DNA of 63,228 nucleotides, counting the filler, from Chiloscyllium plagiosum (Eukaryota), in the NCBI RefSeq assembly GCF_004010195.1. It is 4 parts of one record of this genome, joined end to end, with 100 filler letters (N's around TTAATTAATTAA, not from the genome) between each part and the next. Parts side by side here need not be neighbours in the genome. Positions count along the whole stretch, not along the records: positions 27,013 to 49,116 come from NC_057714.1; positions 49,217 to 60,080 come from NC_057714.1; positions 60,181 to 63,228 come from NC_057714.1; 1 more part is not named here. One strand, 5' to 3'. The stretch's first letter is position 1; every line of letters starts with the position of its first letter. Below, in pieces: positions 47,826 through 60,586 of this stretch. The translations under genes and the position numbers were made by a program. Below the pieces are notes generated by a model. That model did no database searches and had not been told where the DNA came from. It saw only the letters and a program-made list of their open reading frames with translations.

Positions 47826-49116
47826 GATTGATATATAAAGAACTTACCTCGACACCAACGGTCTTTTCACAGCAGAGAGCGGCGCGAGCTGGGCGGAAGT
47901 GAGATTGGAGCGCAGAGCTGGTCGGGAAGGTAAGTGATTGATATTTGAGTGGGTGTGTTCTAGACCCCAGGCCCTACATACCTCCCATCCTCCTCCTCTA
48001 ACCTAATTTTAAAGTCCACAGGTAAGCTAATCAGTGTTCTTGGTTTGGAGACGAGGTGTAGAGTAATGGCAGTAATGGCAGCACAGGCAGGAATGTTCCT
48101 CCTGCAGGATGTTCGAGGTAGGGGTGACCACCGATACTCCTGCCGACTTCATCTGCAGGAAATGCAGTCAGATCCTGCTCCTCACAGAACGAGTTCGGGA
48201 ACTGGAACTGGAGTTGGATGAACTGAGGATTATTCGAGAGGCTGAGAGGGTGATAGATAGAAGCTACAGGGACATAGCTACACCAGAGAACAGAGATAGC
48301 TGGGTAACAGTTAGAGGTGGGAAGGGGAGGAAGCAGGCTGTGCAGGGATCCCCTGTGGTCGTTCCCCTAAACAATAAGTATAATGATTTGGATACTGTTG
48401 GGGGGGACGGCCTAGCAGGGGTAAGCTGCAGTGACCGGGTCTGTGGCGCGAGGTCTGGCTCTGAGACTCAGAAGGGAAAGGGGGAAGAGGAGGAGAGCGC
48501 TAGTTATAGGAGACTCTCTAGTTAGAGGGACGGACAGGCGGTTCTGTGGACATGGGCGAGACTCTCGGATGGTTTGTTGCCTCCCGGGTGCCAGGGTCTG
48601 AGACGTCTGGGACCGTGTCTTCAGAATCCTTAAGGGGGAGGGTGTGCAGCCAGAAGTCATGGTGCACGTTGGTACCAACGACATAGGTAGGAAGAGGGGT
48701 GGGGAGGTCATTCAAGAGCTCAGGGAGTTAGGCTGGAAGCTAAAAGCTAGGACAGACAGAGTCGTCATCTCTGGGTTGTTGCCGGTGCCACGTGAGTGAG
48801 GCAAGGAATAGGGAGAGAATGCAGTTGAACACGTGGCTGCAAGGATGGTGTAGGAGGGAGGGCTTCAGGTATTTGGACAATTGGACTGCATTCTGGGGAA
48901 GGTGGGACCTGTAAAGCAGGATGGGTTGCACCAGAAGCAGAAGGGCATGAATATCCTGGGGGGTAGGTTTGCTAGCACTCTTCGGGGGAGTTTAAACTAA
49001 TTTGGCAGGGGGATGGGATCCGGACTTGTAGTCCAGCAAGTAGGCTAGCTGTTTGTCAGCATGTCCAAGAATGTAGGGAGGCTGTGGAGAAGGTAGCACT
49101 GACAGGGACTACTAGC
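47826..49116 (+). mobile_element. CR1 5' end with ORF1 (Cys-motif/coiled coil plus SGNH esterase), about 48066-49000, disrupted
   Basis: FICRKC...VRELELELDEL, then LVIGDSLVRG, CCLPGA, VHVGTNDIG, VISGLLPV; frameshifts and stops present. Confidence 0.85.
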
Positions 49117-49216
49117 NNNNNNNNNNNNNNNNNNNNNNNNNNNNNNNNNNNNNNNNNNNNTTAATTAATTAANNNNNNNNNNNNNNNNNNNNNNNNNNNN
49201 NNNNNNNNNNNNNNNN
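49117..49216. other. Artificial assembly linker N44-TTAATTAATTAA-N44
   Basis: Identical to the linker at 26913. Confidence 0.95.
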
Positions 49217-50218
49217 GTGTTGGGACCGCAGCTTTTTACAATATATATTAATGATATAGAAGGTGGTATTAGTAATAACTTTAGCAAATTTGCTGATGAT
49301 ACTAAGATGGGTGGCAGGGTGGAATGTGATGAGGATGTTAGGAGATTACAGGGTGACCTGGACAGGTTAGGTGAGTGGTCAGATGCATGGGAGATGCAGT
49401 TTAATGTGGATAAATGTATGGTTATCCACTTTGGTGGCAAGAACAGGAAGGCAGATTACTACCTAAATGGAATCAATTTAGGTAAAGGTGCATTACAAAG
49501 AGATCTGGGTGTTCTTGTACACCAGTCAATGAAAGCAAGCATGCAGGTACAGCAGGTAGAGAAGAAAGCTAATAGCATGCTGGCCTTCATAACAAGAGGG
49601 ATTGAGTATAGAAGCAAAGAGGTTCTTCTGCAGCTGTACGGGGCCCTGGTGAGACCGCACCTGGAATATTGTGCGTGGTTCTAGTCTCCAAATTTGAGGA
49701 AAGACATTCTGGCTATTGAGGGAGTGCAGCGTCGGTTCACCAGGTCAATTCCTGGAATGGCGGGACTACCTTATGTTGAAAGATTGGAGTGACTGGGCTT
49801 GTATACCCTTGAATTTAGAAGACTGAGAGGGGATCTAATTGAGACATATAAGATTATTAAAGGATTGGACACTCTGGAGGCAGGAAACATGTTTCCGCTG
49901 ATGGGTGAGTCCCGAACCAGAGGACACAGCTTAAAAATAAGGGGGTAGGCCATTTAGGACAGAGGTGAAGAGAAACTACTTCACCCAGAGAGTGGTGGGT
50001 GTGTGGAATGCTCTGCCCCAGAGGGTAGTGGAGGCCCAGTCTCTGGATTCATTTAAGAAAGAGTTGGATAGAGCTCTCAAGGATGGTGGAATCAAGGGTT
50101 ATGGAGATAAGGCAGGAACAGGATACTGATTGAGGGTGATCAGCTATGATCATAATGAATGGTGGTGCAGGCTCGAAGGGCAGAATGGCCTACTCCTGCA
50201 CCTATTGTCTATTGTCTA
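49217..50218 (+). mobile_element. CR1-like LINE RT and 3' end
   Basis: LGPQLFTIYIND, KFADDTK, RPHLEYC; (attgtct)n tail. Confidence 0.9.
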
Positions 50219-50221
50219 ATT

Positions 50222-50560
50222 AATTCTTTCTCATCTCTGGCTTAAATGAGTGACCCCTTTTTCTGACATTATGTCCATTGTTCCTGGATTCGCCCACAAG
50301 GGGAAACAAATCCCCAACATCTACCCTGTCAAGCCCCCTAAAAATCTTGTCTGTTTCAATAAGGTCGCCTTTCATTCTTCTAAATCCCAACGACTGCAGG
50401 CTTAATCTACTCAATCTCTCCTCATTAGACAGCCCCTCCATACCTGGTACCAGCCTGGTGAGCCTTCTAGGGACTTCCTCCAATGCTTGTACATCTGTCC
50501 TGCAATGAGTGGCCCAAAACTGTTCACAGTATTCAAGCTGTGGTCTGACTAGTGCCTTGA
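50222..50560 (-). mobile_element. CR1-like fragment
   Basis: EERLSRLSL...GDLIETDKIFRGLDRVD on minus strand. Confidence 0.8.
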
Positions 50561-50786
50561 GGTTATCTCATTGCAACATCAGGGATTCTTGAGGAGGAAC
50601 GTGTTCTCTCAGAGGGTTAGGAGTCTTTGGAACCCCTTGCCACAGAGAGCTGCGGGTTAGAGACAAAACAAAAACTGTAGATGCTGGATTCCAAGTTAGA
50701 CAGGCAGGATGTTGGAAGAACACAGCATCAGGAGGTGGAGAAGTTAACGTTTCGGGTGGACCCTTCTTCAGGCCTGTCCTGACTTC

Positions 50787-51198
50787 GGTTGATCCAACAT
50801 TCCTCACGTTCACTCTCTCCCATCCTTTCCCCGTAACTCCTGATTCCCCGACTGATCAACAATCTCTTCATCTCAGCCTTGAATATACACAACGAGTCCT
50901 ACAGCTCTCTGTTAGACAAGCAGGGGGCTGGAAAAACACAGCACGCCAGGGCAGCGTCAGGAGGTGGAGAAGTCAATGTTTCGGATGGAACCCTTCTTTA
51001 GGACGGTCCTGACTTCTCGACCTCCTGACGCTGCCCCGGCTTGCTGTGTTTTTCCAGCCCCCTACTTGTCTATCAGAGAGCTGTAGGACTCGTTGTGTAT
51101 ATTCAAGGCTGAGACGGAGAGATTCTTGATCCGTCGGGGAATGAGGAGTTACGGGGAAAGGATAGGAGGGAGTGAATATGAGGAATGTCAGATCAACC
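50787..51198. repeat. About 410-bp imperfect palindrome (PLE arms plus inverted copy of flanking CR1 tail)
   Basis: 50787-50975 is the reverse complement of 51010-51198; loop holds a decayed hammerhead. Confidence 0.85.
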
Positions 51199-52124
51199 AT
51201 GAACCTGTTGAATGACAGAGCAGGCTCGAGGGGCTGAATGGCCTCCTCCTATCCCTATTTCTTATGGCCTTATGGCCTTGTTGTACAATGTTAGCTAAAT
51301 CTTCCAACATTTAGACTCCATTCCCTTTGAATTGGGAAGAAATTAATTTGAAGAAAGATATGGAGTCAAAACTTGGCAAATTAATTGTTGTAACTGTGAA
51401 TGCAGAATGACTTCGTGAGTGGTTGCAACCATCATTTTCTAATTTCAGATTTTCAGCTTTTGCAGTATTTTCTTTGATAATAATCCTGATGTTCTAATTA
51501 CTTTCAGCATGTCTCGCTCCTTATAAAAATGACAGAGTGACAGTGACATTTGAAACAAATGGGACCTGCTGCATTTTAAATCTTTGAGTCCAAAATCAAC
51601 AACTGATGTTTTTACTTTGAAGTGAGCTCTCTAGGCCCACCCCAACATAACCTCACACCATTGGCATGTCGGCCTTACCCTCAGAGATGGACCTGCTCCC
51701 TGGAATATGACATTGCCCCATACTCATTGTCTGAGACAGAGTTCCTGAGCCTTAGTTCATTGGAACTGCATCCCCAATGCTGAGCCCCTCTCATTACTCT
51801 CAGGAAGCGGGTGACACAAGTACGGAAGTAGCATCCCAGTAATAGAGAATGTTGGAGCGTTGCCCAGGGCCATGGGTTCAAGTCCCACCGGCAGCTGAGG
51901 TAGCTTAAATCCAAATAATCCATTCTTCTGGAATTAAATGTTGTTTTCATCAAAAACGATCATTATCTGGTTCACTAAGGTCCTTTAGAGAAGGAAACTG
52001 TCATCCTTAACTGGTCTGGCCTACACATGACTCCTGACCCACAGCAGTGTGACTGATTGCCCTCTGAAATGGTGCGAAACAACCACTTCAATCATTTGGA
52101 AGATCAAATGTTGAGGGAAAGCAA

Positions 52125-52840
52125 TCAGTTAATGGCAGGACACTGAATAATGTTGATGTACGGAGGAATCTTGGGGTTCAAGCTCACAGCTCCCTGAAAG
52201 TGGCCACACAAGTAGTTAGGATGGTAGAGAAGGCGTGCTTGTCTTTATTGGTCAGGGAGTTGGGTACAAGAGTCAGGATGTCATGCTGCAGCTTTCTAAG
52301 ACTTTGGTTGGGCAGCACTTGTATTGCATTCGGTTCTGGTTGCAGGAAGGATGTGGAGGCTTTGATGAGGGAGCAAAAGAAGTTGATCAGGATGCTGCCT
52401 GGATTAGAGGGAATGAGCTATAGGGAGAGGCTGGAAAAACCCGGGTTGTTTTCTCTGGAGTGGCACTGGCCGAGGGGAGACTTGATAGGAGTCTATAAAA
52501 TTATGAGATGCGTGGATAGGGCTGCTGGTCAGAATCTTTTTCCCAGTGTTGAAATGTCTAATACGAGGGGCATGCATTTAAGGTGAGAGGGGGAAAATTC
52601 AAAGGAGACATGAGGGGCAAGTTTTTTACACGGAGAGTGGGAGGAGTGTGGAACATGCTGCCAGGGATGAGGGTGGAGACAGAAAGATAGGGGCATTTAA
52701 AAGACTTTTAGATAAGCTCATGAATAGGCAAGGAATGGAGGGATATTGACTAAGGGCAGGCAGAAGAGATTAGTTTAATTTAGCATCACGTTTGACACAA
52801 CATCGTGGGCCTAAGTGCGTGCTCCTGTGCTCTATGTTCA
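52125..52840 (+). mobile_element. CR1-like LINE 3' fragment
   Basis: RMLPGLEGMSYRERLEKPGLFSLE; CR1 tail. Confidence 0.85.
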
Positions 52841-54450
52841 GTCATGGGCCATTGGAGATGGTTAACAAACACTGGACTTGCCAGTGAAGTCCACATCCTT
52901 TGAAAAGACAAAGGGAAAAAAAAATCAAATATCCTGCACTGGCCTATAAAGCATTTTATCCTTTCCTGAGGTGGAAGGGTCACTTACGGTGCTATCTAAA
53001 TTCAAATCTCTCCTTCTCCAGCATGCTTATGGGATTTACCTGAGGAGCTTTCCTTTCATTTCTGAATTTGAGCCTTCGCCGTGTCATTTCCTGGCTCTAC
53101 GCCACCCTATTCCACCCTACGCCATTCTTTACTCAGAGTAGTAAGGGTATGGAATGCTTTGCCTGCAATGGTAGTAGATTCACCAACTTTAAGTACATTT
53201 AAGTCGTCATTGGACAGGCAAATGGACGTACATGGAATAGTGTAGGTTAGATGGGCTTCAGATTGGTATGACAGGTCGGCGCAACATTGAGGGCTGAAGG
53301 GCCTGCACTGTGCTATAATGTTCTGTGTTCTATCTATGAATGGATTTGCGAATTTGATTGAAATTGATCTTCAATGCTACACTCTCAGCTGGATACCCAA
53401 GGCAGGAGAACTTGTTTCCTTCTCCTCCATGTCAGATCTTCAGCACATTGTTAAACAATCTGAGGCACGGTCTGTGAGCCAGTTGTAACGAAACAGACAA
53501 TCAAAAGGAGAAATGGTTTCGACCACTGCCTTTACAACTATCTCCCAAGTTCATAGTTACTGCCAGACTCAGCACTTTTCCCAAAGTTATTCTCCAGTCT
53601 CAAACATTTAATTGCAGGGTTTTGGCGTAATTATATATCTTGCAGAACAGCATATTACAGACAACGAGGCAGGAAGGAGATGGAAATGAGCTTTATTGTC
53701 AATGGGCTGAAATGTTAAGATGATGAGCTGCCTGGCATTTTATCACACTCCCACCTTCTCAAGGTCTTGTGTTCTCTTGACACTGCGTTGGTTTTCCACA
53801 GGTCTGTACGAGCAGAATTATGAGGGGGTGGTGTGGTGGGAGGGGGGGAATGTGAATATGTTGGAGATTATTATGCTGTCCTTTCAGTTCTGGCACCCAG
53901 CGTTGGATTGATGATTGGACGAATGCTTTGTTTCTCTCTACGGCTTCTACAAGGTTTCTACTGTCATCGGGGTGGCTAGCAACAGATGTTCACAAACAAA
54001 ATAAATCCAGATCTAATTTAAGTCAGAGCTGGAGTGAACTTTTTTTTCTCTCAGGAGGGTCATGAGTCTTTGGAGCTCTTTTCCTGTGATGGTAAAGGAA
54101 GCAGAATCTTTGACTATTCCTTTAAGGCAAGGGTATATAGCTGATTGGGAAGCAAGGGGTTGACAGGTTGTCAGGGTGGGTAACTGGGAGTACTGGGGAA
54201 TGGGGAAGCAGGCTTGAGGAACTGAATGGTCTACTCTTATTCATTGTTTAGATACGTGTAGTTCAAGAACAAGTGTCGCCATATTGTAATGTCGGTCAGG
54301 GATGAAGGGACCTGTAGCTGATGCAAGGTAATACATGGTTCTTCATGGAGTGTGACTGCAGACTGATAGCGAGCAAGTAACCTCCTCAGTGCTAATAATG
54401 GACAGATTGAGTGACAGAATACCGGCTCCTTCATTATCCGCTTCCTCATC

Positions 54451-54850
54451 TGAACATAAAATAGCACAGCACAGGAACAGGCCCTTCGGCCCACAATGTA
54501 TGTGCTGACCATGAGGCCATTCTAAACTAATCCCATCTGCCTGCACATGGTCCATATGCCAGTATTCCCTGCCTGTTCATGTGTCTGTCTAAATGCCTCT
54601 TAAACACTGCTAGCCTATCTACCTCTACCACCTCCCCGACAGTGTGTTCCAGTCACCTCCCACCCTCTGTGTAAACAACTTATCTTGCACATCTCCTTTA
54701 ACTTCCTTCTCTCACCTTAAACCTATGTCCTCCTCGTATTTGACATTGCCACTCTGAGAAGAAAATTCTGACTATCCACCCTGTCTATGCCTCCCATAAT
54801 GTTATCAGGTCACCCCTCAGCCTCCGACGATCTAGTGAAAACAATCCAAG
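54451..54850 (-). mobile_element. CR1-like LINE 3' end
   Basis: Reverse complement of a CR1 3' UTR. Confidence 0.8.
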
Positions 54851-56720
54851 GGGGATGTCCAACCTTGAAGGGAAGTCCACATTTCAGATGTGGGAGGCTT
54901 TCAAAGATAGATTAACGATAGTGCAGGATTGGCAAGTCCCATTGAAGGCAAAGGACAGGAAGGGCAAGATTCGTGAACCGTGGATGATAGGAGAAATTGT
55001 ACAACTAGCCAAGAGGAAAAGGGAAGCGTACATAAGGTCTGGGCAGCTGAGAACAGAACAGGCCCTGGAGGAATATTGGAAGAGTAGGACAACTCTTAAA
55101 CAAGGAATCAAGCGGGCTAAAAGGGGTCATGAAATAGCTGTAGTTAGCAGAATTAAGGAAAATCCCAAAGCATTTTATTCTTATATAAGAAGCAAGCAGG
55201 TAACTAGAGAAAGGATTGGTCCACTAAAAGATAATGAAGGAAGGCTGTGTGCCGAACCTGAGAGAATGGGTGAGATTCTGAATGATTACTTTGCATCAGT
55301 GTTCACTGAGGAGAGGAACATGATGAACCTTGAGATGAGAGATAGAAGTTTGATTAGTCTGGATCATGTTGGCATAAGTCAGGAAGATGTGTTGGGTAGG
55401 CTAGAGGATATTAAGGTGGACAAATCCCCAGGACCGAATGGGATCTATCCCAGGTTGCTGAGGGAGGTGAAAGAGGAAATAGCTGGGGCCCTGACAGATA
55501 TCTTTGTGGCATCCTTAAACACAGGTGAGGTGCCGGAGGACTGAAAGGTTGCTCATCTTGCCCCCCTGTACAAGAAGGGTAGTAGGGATATTCCNNNNNN
55601 NNNNNNNNNNNNNNNNNNNNNNNNNNNNNNNNNNNNNNNNNNNNNNNNNNNNNNNNNNNNNNNNNNNNNNNNNNNNNNNNNNNNNNNNNNNNNNNNNNNN
55701 NNNNNNNNNNNNNNNNNNNNNNNNNNNNNNNNNNNNNNNNNNNNNNNNNNNNNNNNNNNNNNNNNNNNNNNNNNNNNNNNNNNNNNNNNNNNNNNNNNNN
55801 NNNNNNNNNNNNNNNNNNNNNNNNNNNNNNNNNNNNNNNNNNAGGGACTGTCAGAGAATACAGCAGGATATAGATAGACTGGAGAGTTGGGCGGAAAAGT
55901 AGCAGATGGTTTTCAATCCAGACAAATGTGAGGTGATACATTTAGGCAAGACTAATTCTAGAGCGAATTATACAATGAATAGAAGAGCCTTGGGAAAAGT
56001 TGGTGGGCAGAGAGATCTGGGAGTGCAGGTCCATTGTACCCTGAAGGTTGCTGCACGGTGGATAGAGTGGTCAAGAAGGCATATAGTATGCTTGCTTTCA
56101 TTGGACGGGGCAATGAGTATAAGAGTTGGCAAGTCATGTTAAAATTGTACAAGACATTCGTTCGGCTGCATTTAGAATACTGTGTACAGTTCTGGTCGCC
56201 ACATTACCAAAAGGATGTGGACGCTTTGGAGAGGATGCAGAGAAGGTTTACGAGGACGTTGCCTGGTATGGAAAGTGCTAGCTATGAAGAGAGGTTGAGT
56301 AGGTTAGGTTTGTTTTCATTAGAAAAAAGGAGATTGAGGGGGGACCTGCCTGAGGTTTACAAAATCACGAAGGGTGTAGACAGGGTGGATAGAGACAAGC
56401 TTTTTCCCTAGGGTGAAGGATTCAACAACAAGAGGTCATGCTTTCAAGGTGAGAGGTGGAAAGTTTAAGGGGGATACACGCAGCAAGTACTTCACACAGA
56501 GGGTGGGGGGGGCATCTGGAACGCGTTGCCAGCAGAGGTGGTAGAGGCAGGCACGGTAGATTCGTTTAAGATCCGTCTGGACAGATACATGAGTAGGTGG
56601 GGAGCAGAGGGATACAGATACTTAAGAATTAACCGACAGGTTTAGGCAGTGCATTTAGATTGGTTCAGGCTTGGCGGGCCGAAGGGCCTGTTCCTGGGCT
56701 GTAAATTGTTCTTTGTTCTT
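54851..56720 (+). mobile_element. CR1-like LINE ORF2 and 3' end spanning an N gap
   Basis: [44 protein letters not shown]. Confidence 0.9.
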
Positions 56721-57334
56721 TCCTTATAGCTAATATACTCCAATTCAGACAACGCCCTGGCAAATCTCTTTCGTACTCTCTCCAAACCCGGCTCATCCTT
56801 CCTACAGTGTGGGGACCAGAACGGCACACAAGGCTCCAAATGTGGCCTGCTACAACATGACTTGCCAACTTTTATACTCAGTGCCCCCAGCGATGAAGAC
56901 AAGCATGCCAAATGCCTTCTTTACCACGTTATCCACTTGTGTTGCCCTTAAGGCCACAGGGAAGCTTCCAGTTACTTGGGAACCTGAAGTAAAAGACCAG
57001 GGACGATGGGACAGTGGTGAGGGGTAAGGACAGAGTAAAGTGTGCCTGTTTACATTGTCGCAGCCTGTGAGTTAGCGTGAGAGCGAGAAATGAGAAGGAA
57101 GGCTAACTGTGCAGATAACCTTGACATCTCTAGGCCAACCAGCAGCAGTCGACTCAGGGACACTCCTTCCCCATGATAACCCGTGCTAACCCCTCCATGG
57201 GGCAGTAAACTCATTCCCCACCCCCTCCAATCCTCACCATCTTTCCTTCCTACTGCTATCCATCATGCACCAAACTCTCCTTCAGGATAAAAAAAGACGC
57301 ACATCAGTGAGTTTCCTACAACATACTCAGCCCT

Positions 57335-58478
57335 ACACTCATCCCTGGAATATGTGGATAATAAGGACACCTATGTCAGGCTTGTATTTACAGGCACCAG
57401 CTTTCAGCACTATAATCCCAACCAAACTAATCTCCAAACTCCAAGACCTTGGTCTCTGTTCTCCACTCTGCAACTGGAGACTCAACCTCCTGACCCAAAG
57501 ACTGGAATCAGTGAAGATAGATAACAGCGCGTCCTCCATGAAAACCCTCAACACTGGAGCTTTGCAAGGCTGCGTACTCAGTCCCCTACTGTACTCCCAG
57601 TACACTCATGACTCAGTGGCCACATTTTGTCTGAACTCCATTCACTGAGGACATCACCATTGTAGGCCAGCAATCAGACAATGACAAGACAGGATACAGG
57701 AAGGCAATATCGAGTGCTCGGTGCAGACATAACAATCTCTCCCTCAATGTCAGCAAAACGAAAGAGCCGATCATCAATTTCAGGAAGCAAGGAGGAGGGC
57801 ACGCACCCTATCTCCATCAATGGCGCTGAGGTGGAGATGGTCAAGAGGGTTAAGTTCTTCAGTGTGACAATCACCAACAATCTGTCCTGGACCACCCATG
57901 TTGAGGCAATGGCCAAGACAGCACGACAACACCTCCACTTCCTCAGCAGGTCTATGAGGACCCTCCCCAACTTTTACAAATGCACCATAGAAAGAATTCT
58001 ATCTGAATGTATCACGGCTTAGTATGGCCATTGCTCTGCCCAGGACTGTAAGAAACTATAGAGAGTTGCGAACACAGTCCAGTCCATCACACAATCCAAC
58101 CTTCCATCCATTGACTCCATCTACACTTCCCACCGCCTCGGAAAGGCAGCCAACATCATCAAAGACCCCTCCCACACCGGTTAGAATCACCTCCAACCTC
58201 TTCCATCAGGCAGAAGATACAAAAGCTTAAACACACGAACCAACCGGTTCAAGAGCAGCTTCTTCCCTGCTGTTATCAGACCTCTGAATGGATCTCTCCA
58301 GTTTCAAATTTGGTGTTCATCTCGTTCTCTGTGCATCTTCTCTGCAGCTGTAGCATTGTATTCCTCGCTCTGTTCTATCACCCTGTGATCTTGTGTGGTA
58401 TGGTGTGCCTATACTACACGCAAAACAAAATTTCTCACTGTACCTAGGTACACGTGACAATAATAAATCAAATCAAAA
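57335..58478 (+). mobile_element. Rex1/Babar-like LINE RT and 3' end, degenerate
   Basis: [49 protein letters not shown]; tail aataataaatcaaatcaaa. Confidence 0.75.
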
Positions 58479-58756
58479 GTCAAACTTTGCTGGCAGCCAT
58501 CACTGGAACTAACACAGGACTTTGAGAAGGGTTTTTAACAGAGAGGCTGCAGCAAATTTGTTTGGATTTCTCCTTTATCTATTAGCAACCGGGAGTCACA
58601 AACTGCCCCTCATTTAGGCTGGATGTGGAAAGGACCACAGATTCCTGATTGTGAACAGAACCCTAGAGAACTGAGACAACCTTGCTTAATTCAGACCCAG
58701 GCAACATGAGAGACCTGGGACAGTGCAGGAAATACGAAAACTGTATTCCATCTCTC

Positions 58757-59378
58757 AGTCGCAGGTAGATAGGATAGTGAAGAAGGCATTTGACATGCTT
58801 TCCTTTATTGGTCAGAGTATTGAGTACAGGAGTTGGGAGGTCATATTGCGGCTGTACAGGACATTGGTTAGGTCATCTTTTGGAATATTGCGTGCAGTTC
58901 TGGTCTCCTTCCTATCGGAAGGATATTGTGAAAATTGAAAGGGTTCAGAAAAGATTTACAAGGATGTTGCCAGGGTTGGAGGATTTGAGCTGAATAGGCT
59001 GGGGCGGTTTTCTCTGAAGCGTCGGAGGCTGAGGGGTGACTTTATAGAGGTAATCATGAGGGACATGGATAGGAGGAATAGACAAAGTCTTTTCCCTGTG
59101 GTAGGGGAGTCCAGAACTAGAGGGCATAGGTTTACGGTGAGAGGGGAAAGATTTAAAAGGGACCTAAGGGGCAACCTTTTCACGCAGAGGGTGGTGCATA
59201 TATGGAATGAGCTGCCAACATTTAAAAGGCATTTGGATGGGTATATGAATAGGAAGGGTTTGGAGGGATATGGGCCGAGTGCTGGCAAGTGGGACTAGAG
59301 CGGGTTGGGATATCTGGTTGGCATGGACGGGTTGAACTGAAGGGTCTGTTTCCGTGCTGCACATCTACATGACTCTAT
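58757..59378 (+). mobile_element. CR1-like LINE 3' fragment
   Basis: Colinear with 61385-62055. Confidence 0.9.
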
Positions 59379-59712
59379 CACCCTATGGATGTTTTCTAAC
59401 CAACCTATTCAGAGATGTGGAGACACACGCTTTGGAGCAGGTGAGACTTGAATGCATTCAGAGGCAGGGGCAATATCACGAGCAAATTAACATACCACTC
59501 AGGACAATAGGTGGGAGTTGAACCCAGACCTCTCGAGCATTACTGGATTAATAGCACCAATTAAAGCTTGTCGATTATAATTTAAAAGTTAGCCCTGTGT
59601 AATTAAACATGGATAATTTGGGAATTGATGACAGTACCATCAATTACCAGTTTGCCCAATATCCCCACTGTGGTCATGCAGGAGGACTGCAGAAAGGTTA
59701 AACTGGAAACGT

Positions 59713-60080
59713 CGACTGAAACATTCCACAAGTAGGCAGCCTGTCTCCCCAATGTAGAAGAGACCACATCGGGTGCAGCGGATGCAGTAAATGATGTGTG
59801 TGCAGGTGCAGGTGAATTTGTGGCGGATATGGAAGGAACCCTTGGGGCCTTGGAGGGAAGTAAGGGGGGAGGTGTGGGCAAAGAGTTTTGCATTTCTTGC
59901 GGTTGCAGGGGAAGGTGCCGGGAGTGGAGGTTGGGTTGGTGGGGGGTGTTGACCTGACGAGGGAGTCGTGGAGGGAGTGGTCTTTCCGGAACGCTGATAG
60001 GGGAGGGGAGGGAAATATATCCCTGGTGGTGGGGTCTGTTTGGAAGTGGCGGAAATGACGACGGATGATACGATGTATCT
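59713..60080 (-). mobile_element. Penelope-like element GIY-YIG region, cut by linker
   Basis: Minus strand HIIYCIRCTRCGLFYIGETG. Confidence 0.85.
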
Positions 60081-60180
60081 NNNNNNNNNNNNNNNNNNNN
60101 NNNNNNNNNNNNNNNNNNNNNNNNTTAATTAATTAANNNNNNNNNNNNNNNNNNNNNNNNNNNNNNNNNNNNNNNNNNNN
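60081..60180. other. Artificial assembly linker N44-TTAATTAATTAA-N44
   Basis: Identical to the linker at 26913. Confidence 0.95.
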
Positions 60181-60586
60181 GAGAGGAAGTCGTACGAGGC
60201 TAGGTTGAGAGTTCTCGGCCTTTTCTCGTTGGAACGGCGAAGGATGAGGGGTGACTTGATAGAGGTTTATAAGATGATCAGAGGCATAGATAGAGTAGAC
60301 AGTCAGAAACTTTTTCCCCGGGCACAACCGAGTGTTACAAGGGGACATAAATTTAAGGTGAAGGGTGGAAGGTATAGGGGAGATGTCAGGGGTGGGTTCT
60401 TTACCCAGAGAGTGGTGGGGGCATGGAATGCGCTGCCTGTGGGAGTGGCAGAGTCAGAATCATTGGTGACCTTTAAGCGGCAATTGGATAGGTACATGGA
60501 TGGGTGCTTAAGCTAGGACAAATGTTCGGCACAACATCGTGGGCCAAAGGGCCTGTTCTGTGCTATATTGTTCTATGTTCTATGTT
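60181..60586 (+). mobile_element. CR1-like LINE 3' end
   Basis: GLFSLERRRMRGDLIEVYK; (tgttcta)n tail. Confidence 0.85.

Noticed and set aside
52980..54450. Short exon-like segments (about 53040-53095 minus, 53802-53828 plus, 54380-54449 minus)
   Set aside because: Plausible splice signals but no recognisable protein, and none encode the NKTR cyclophilin domain
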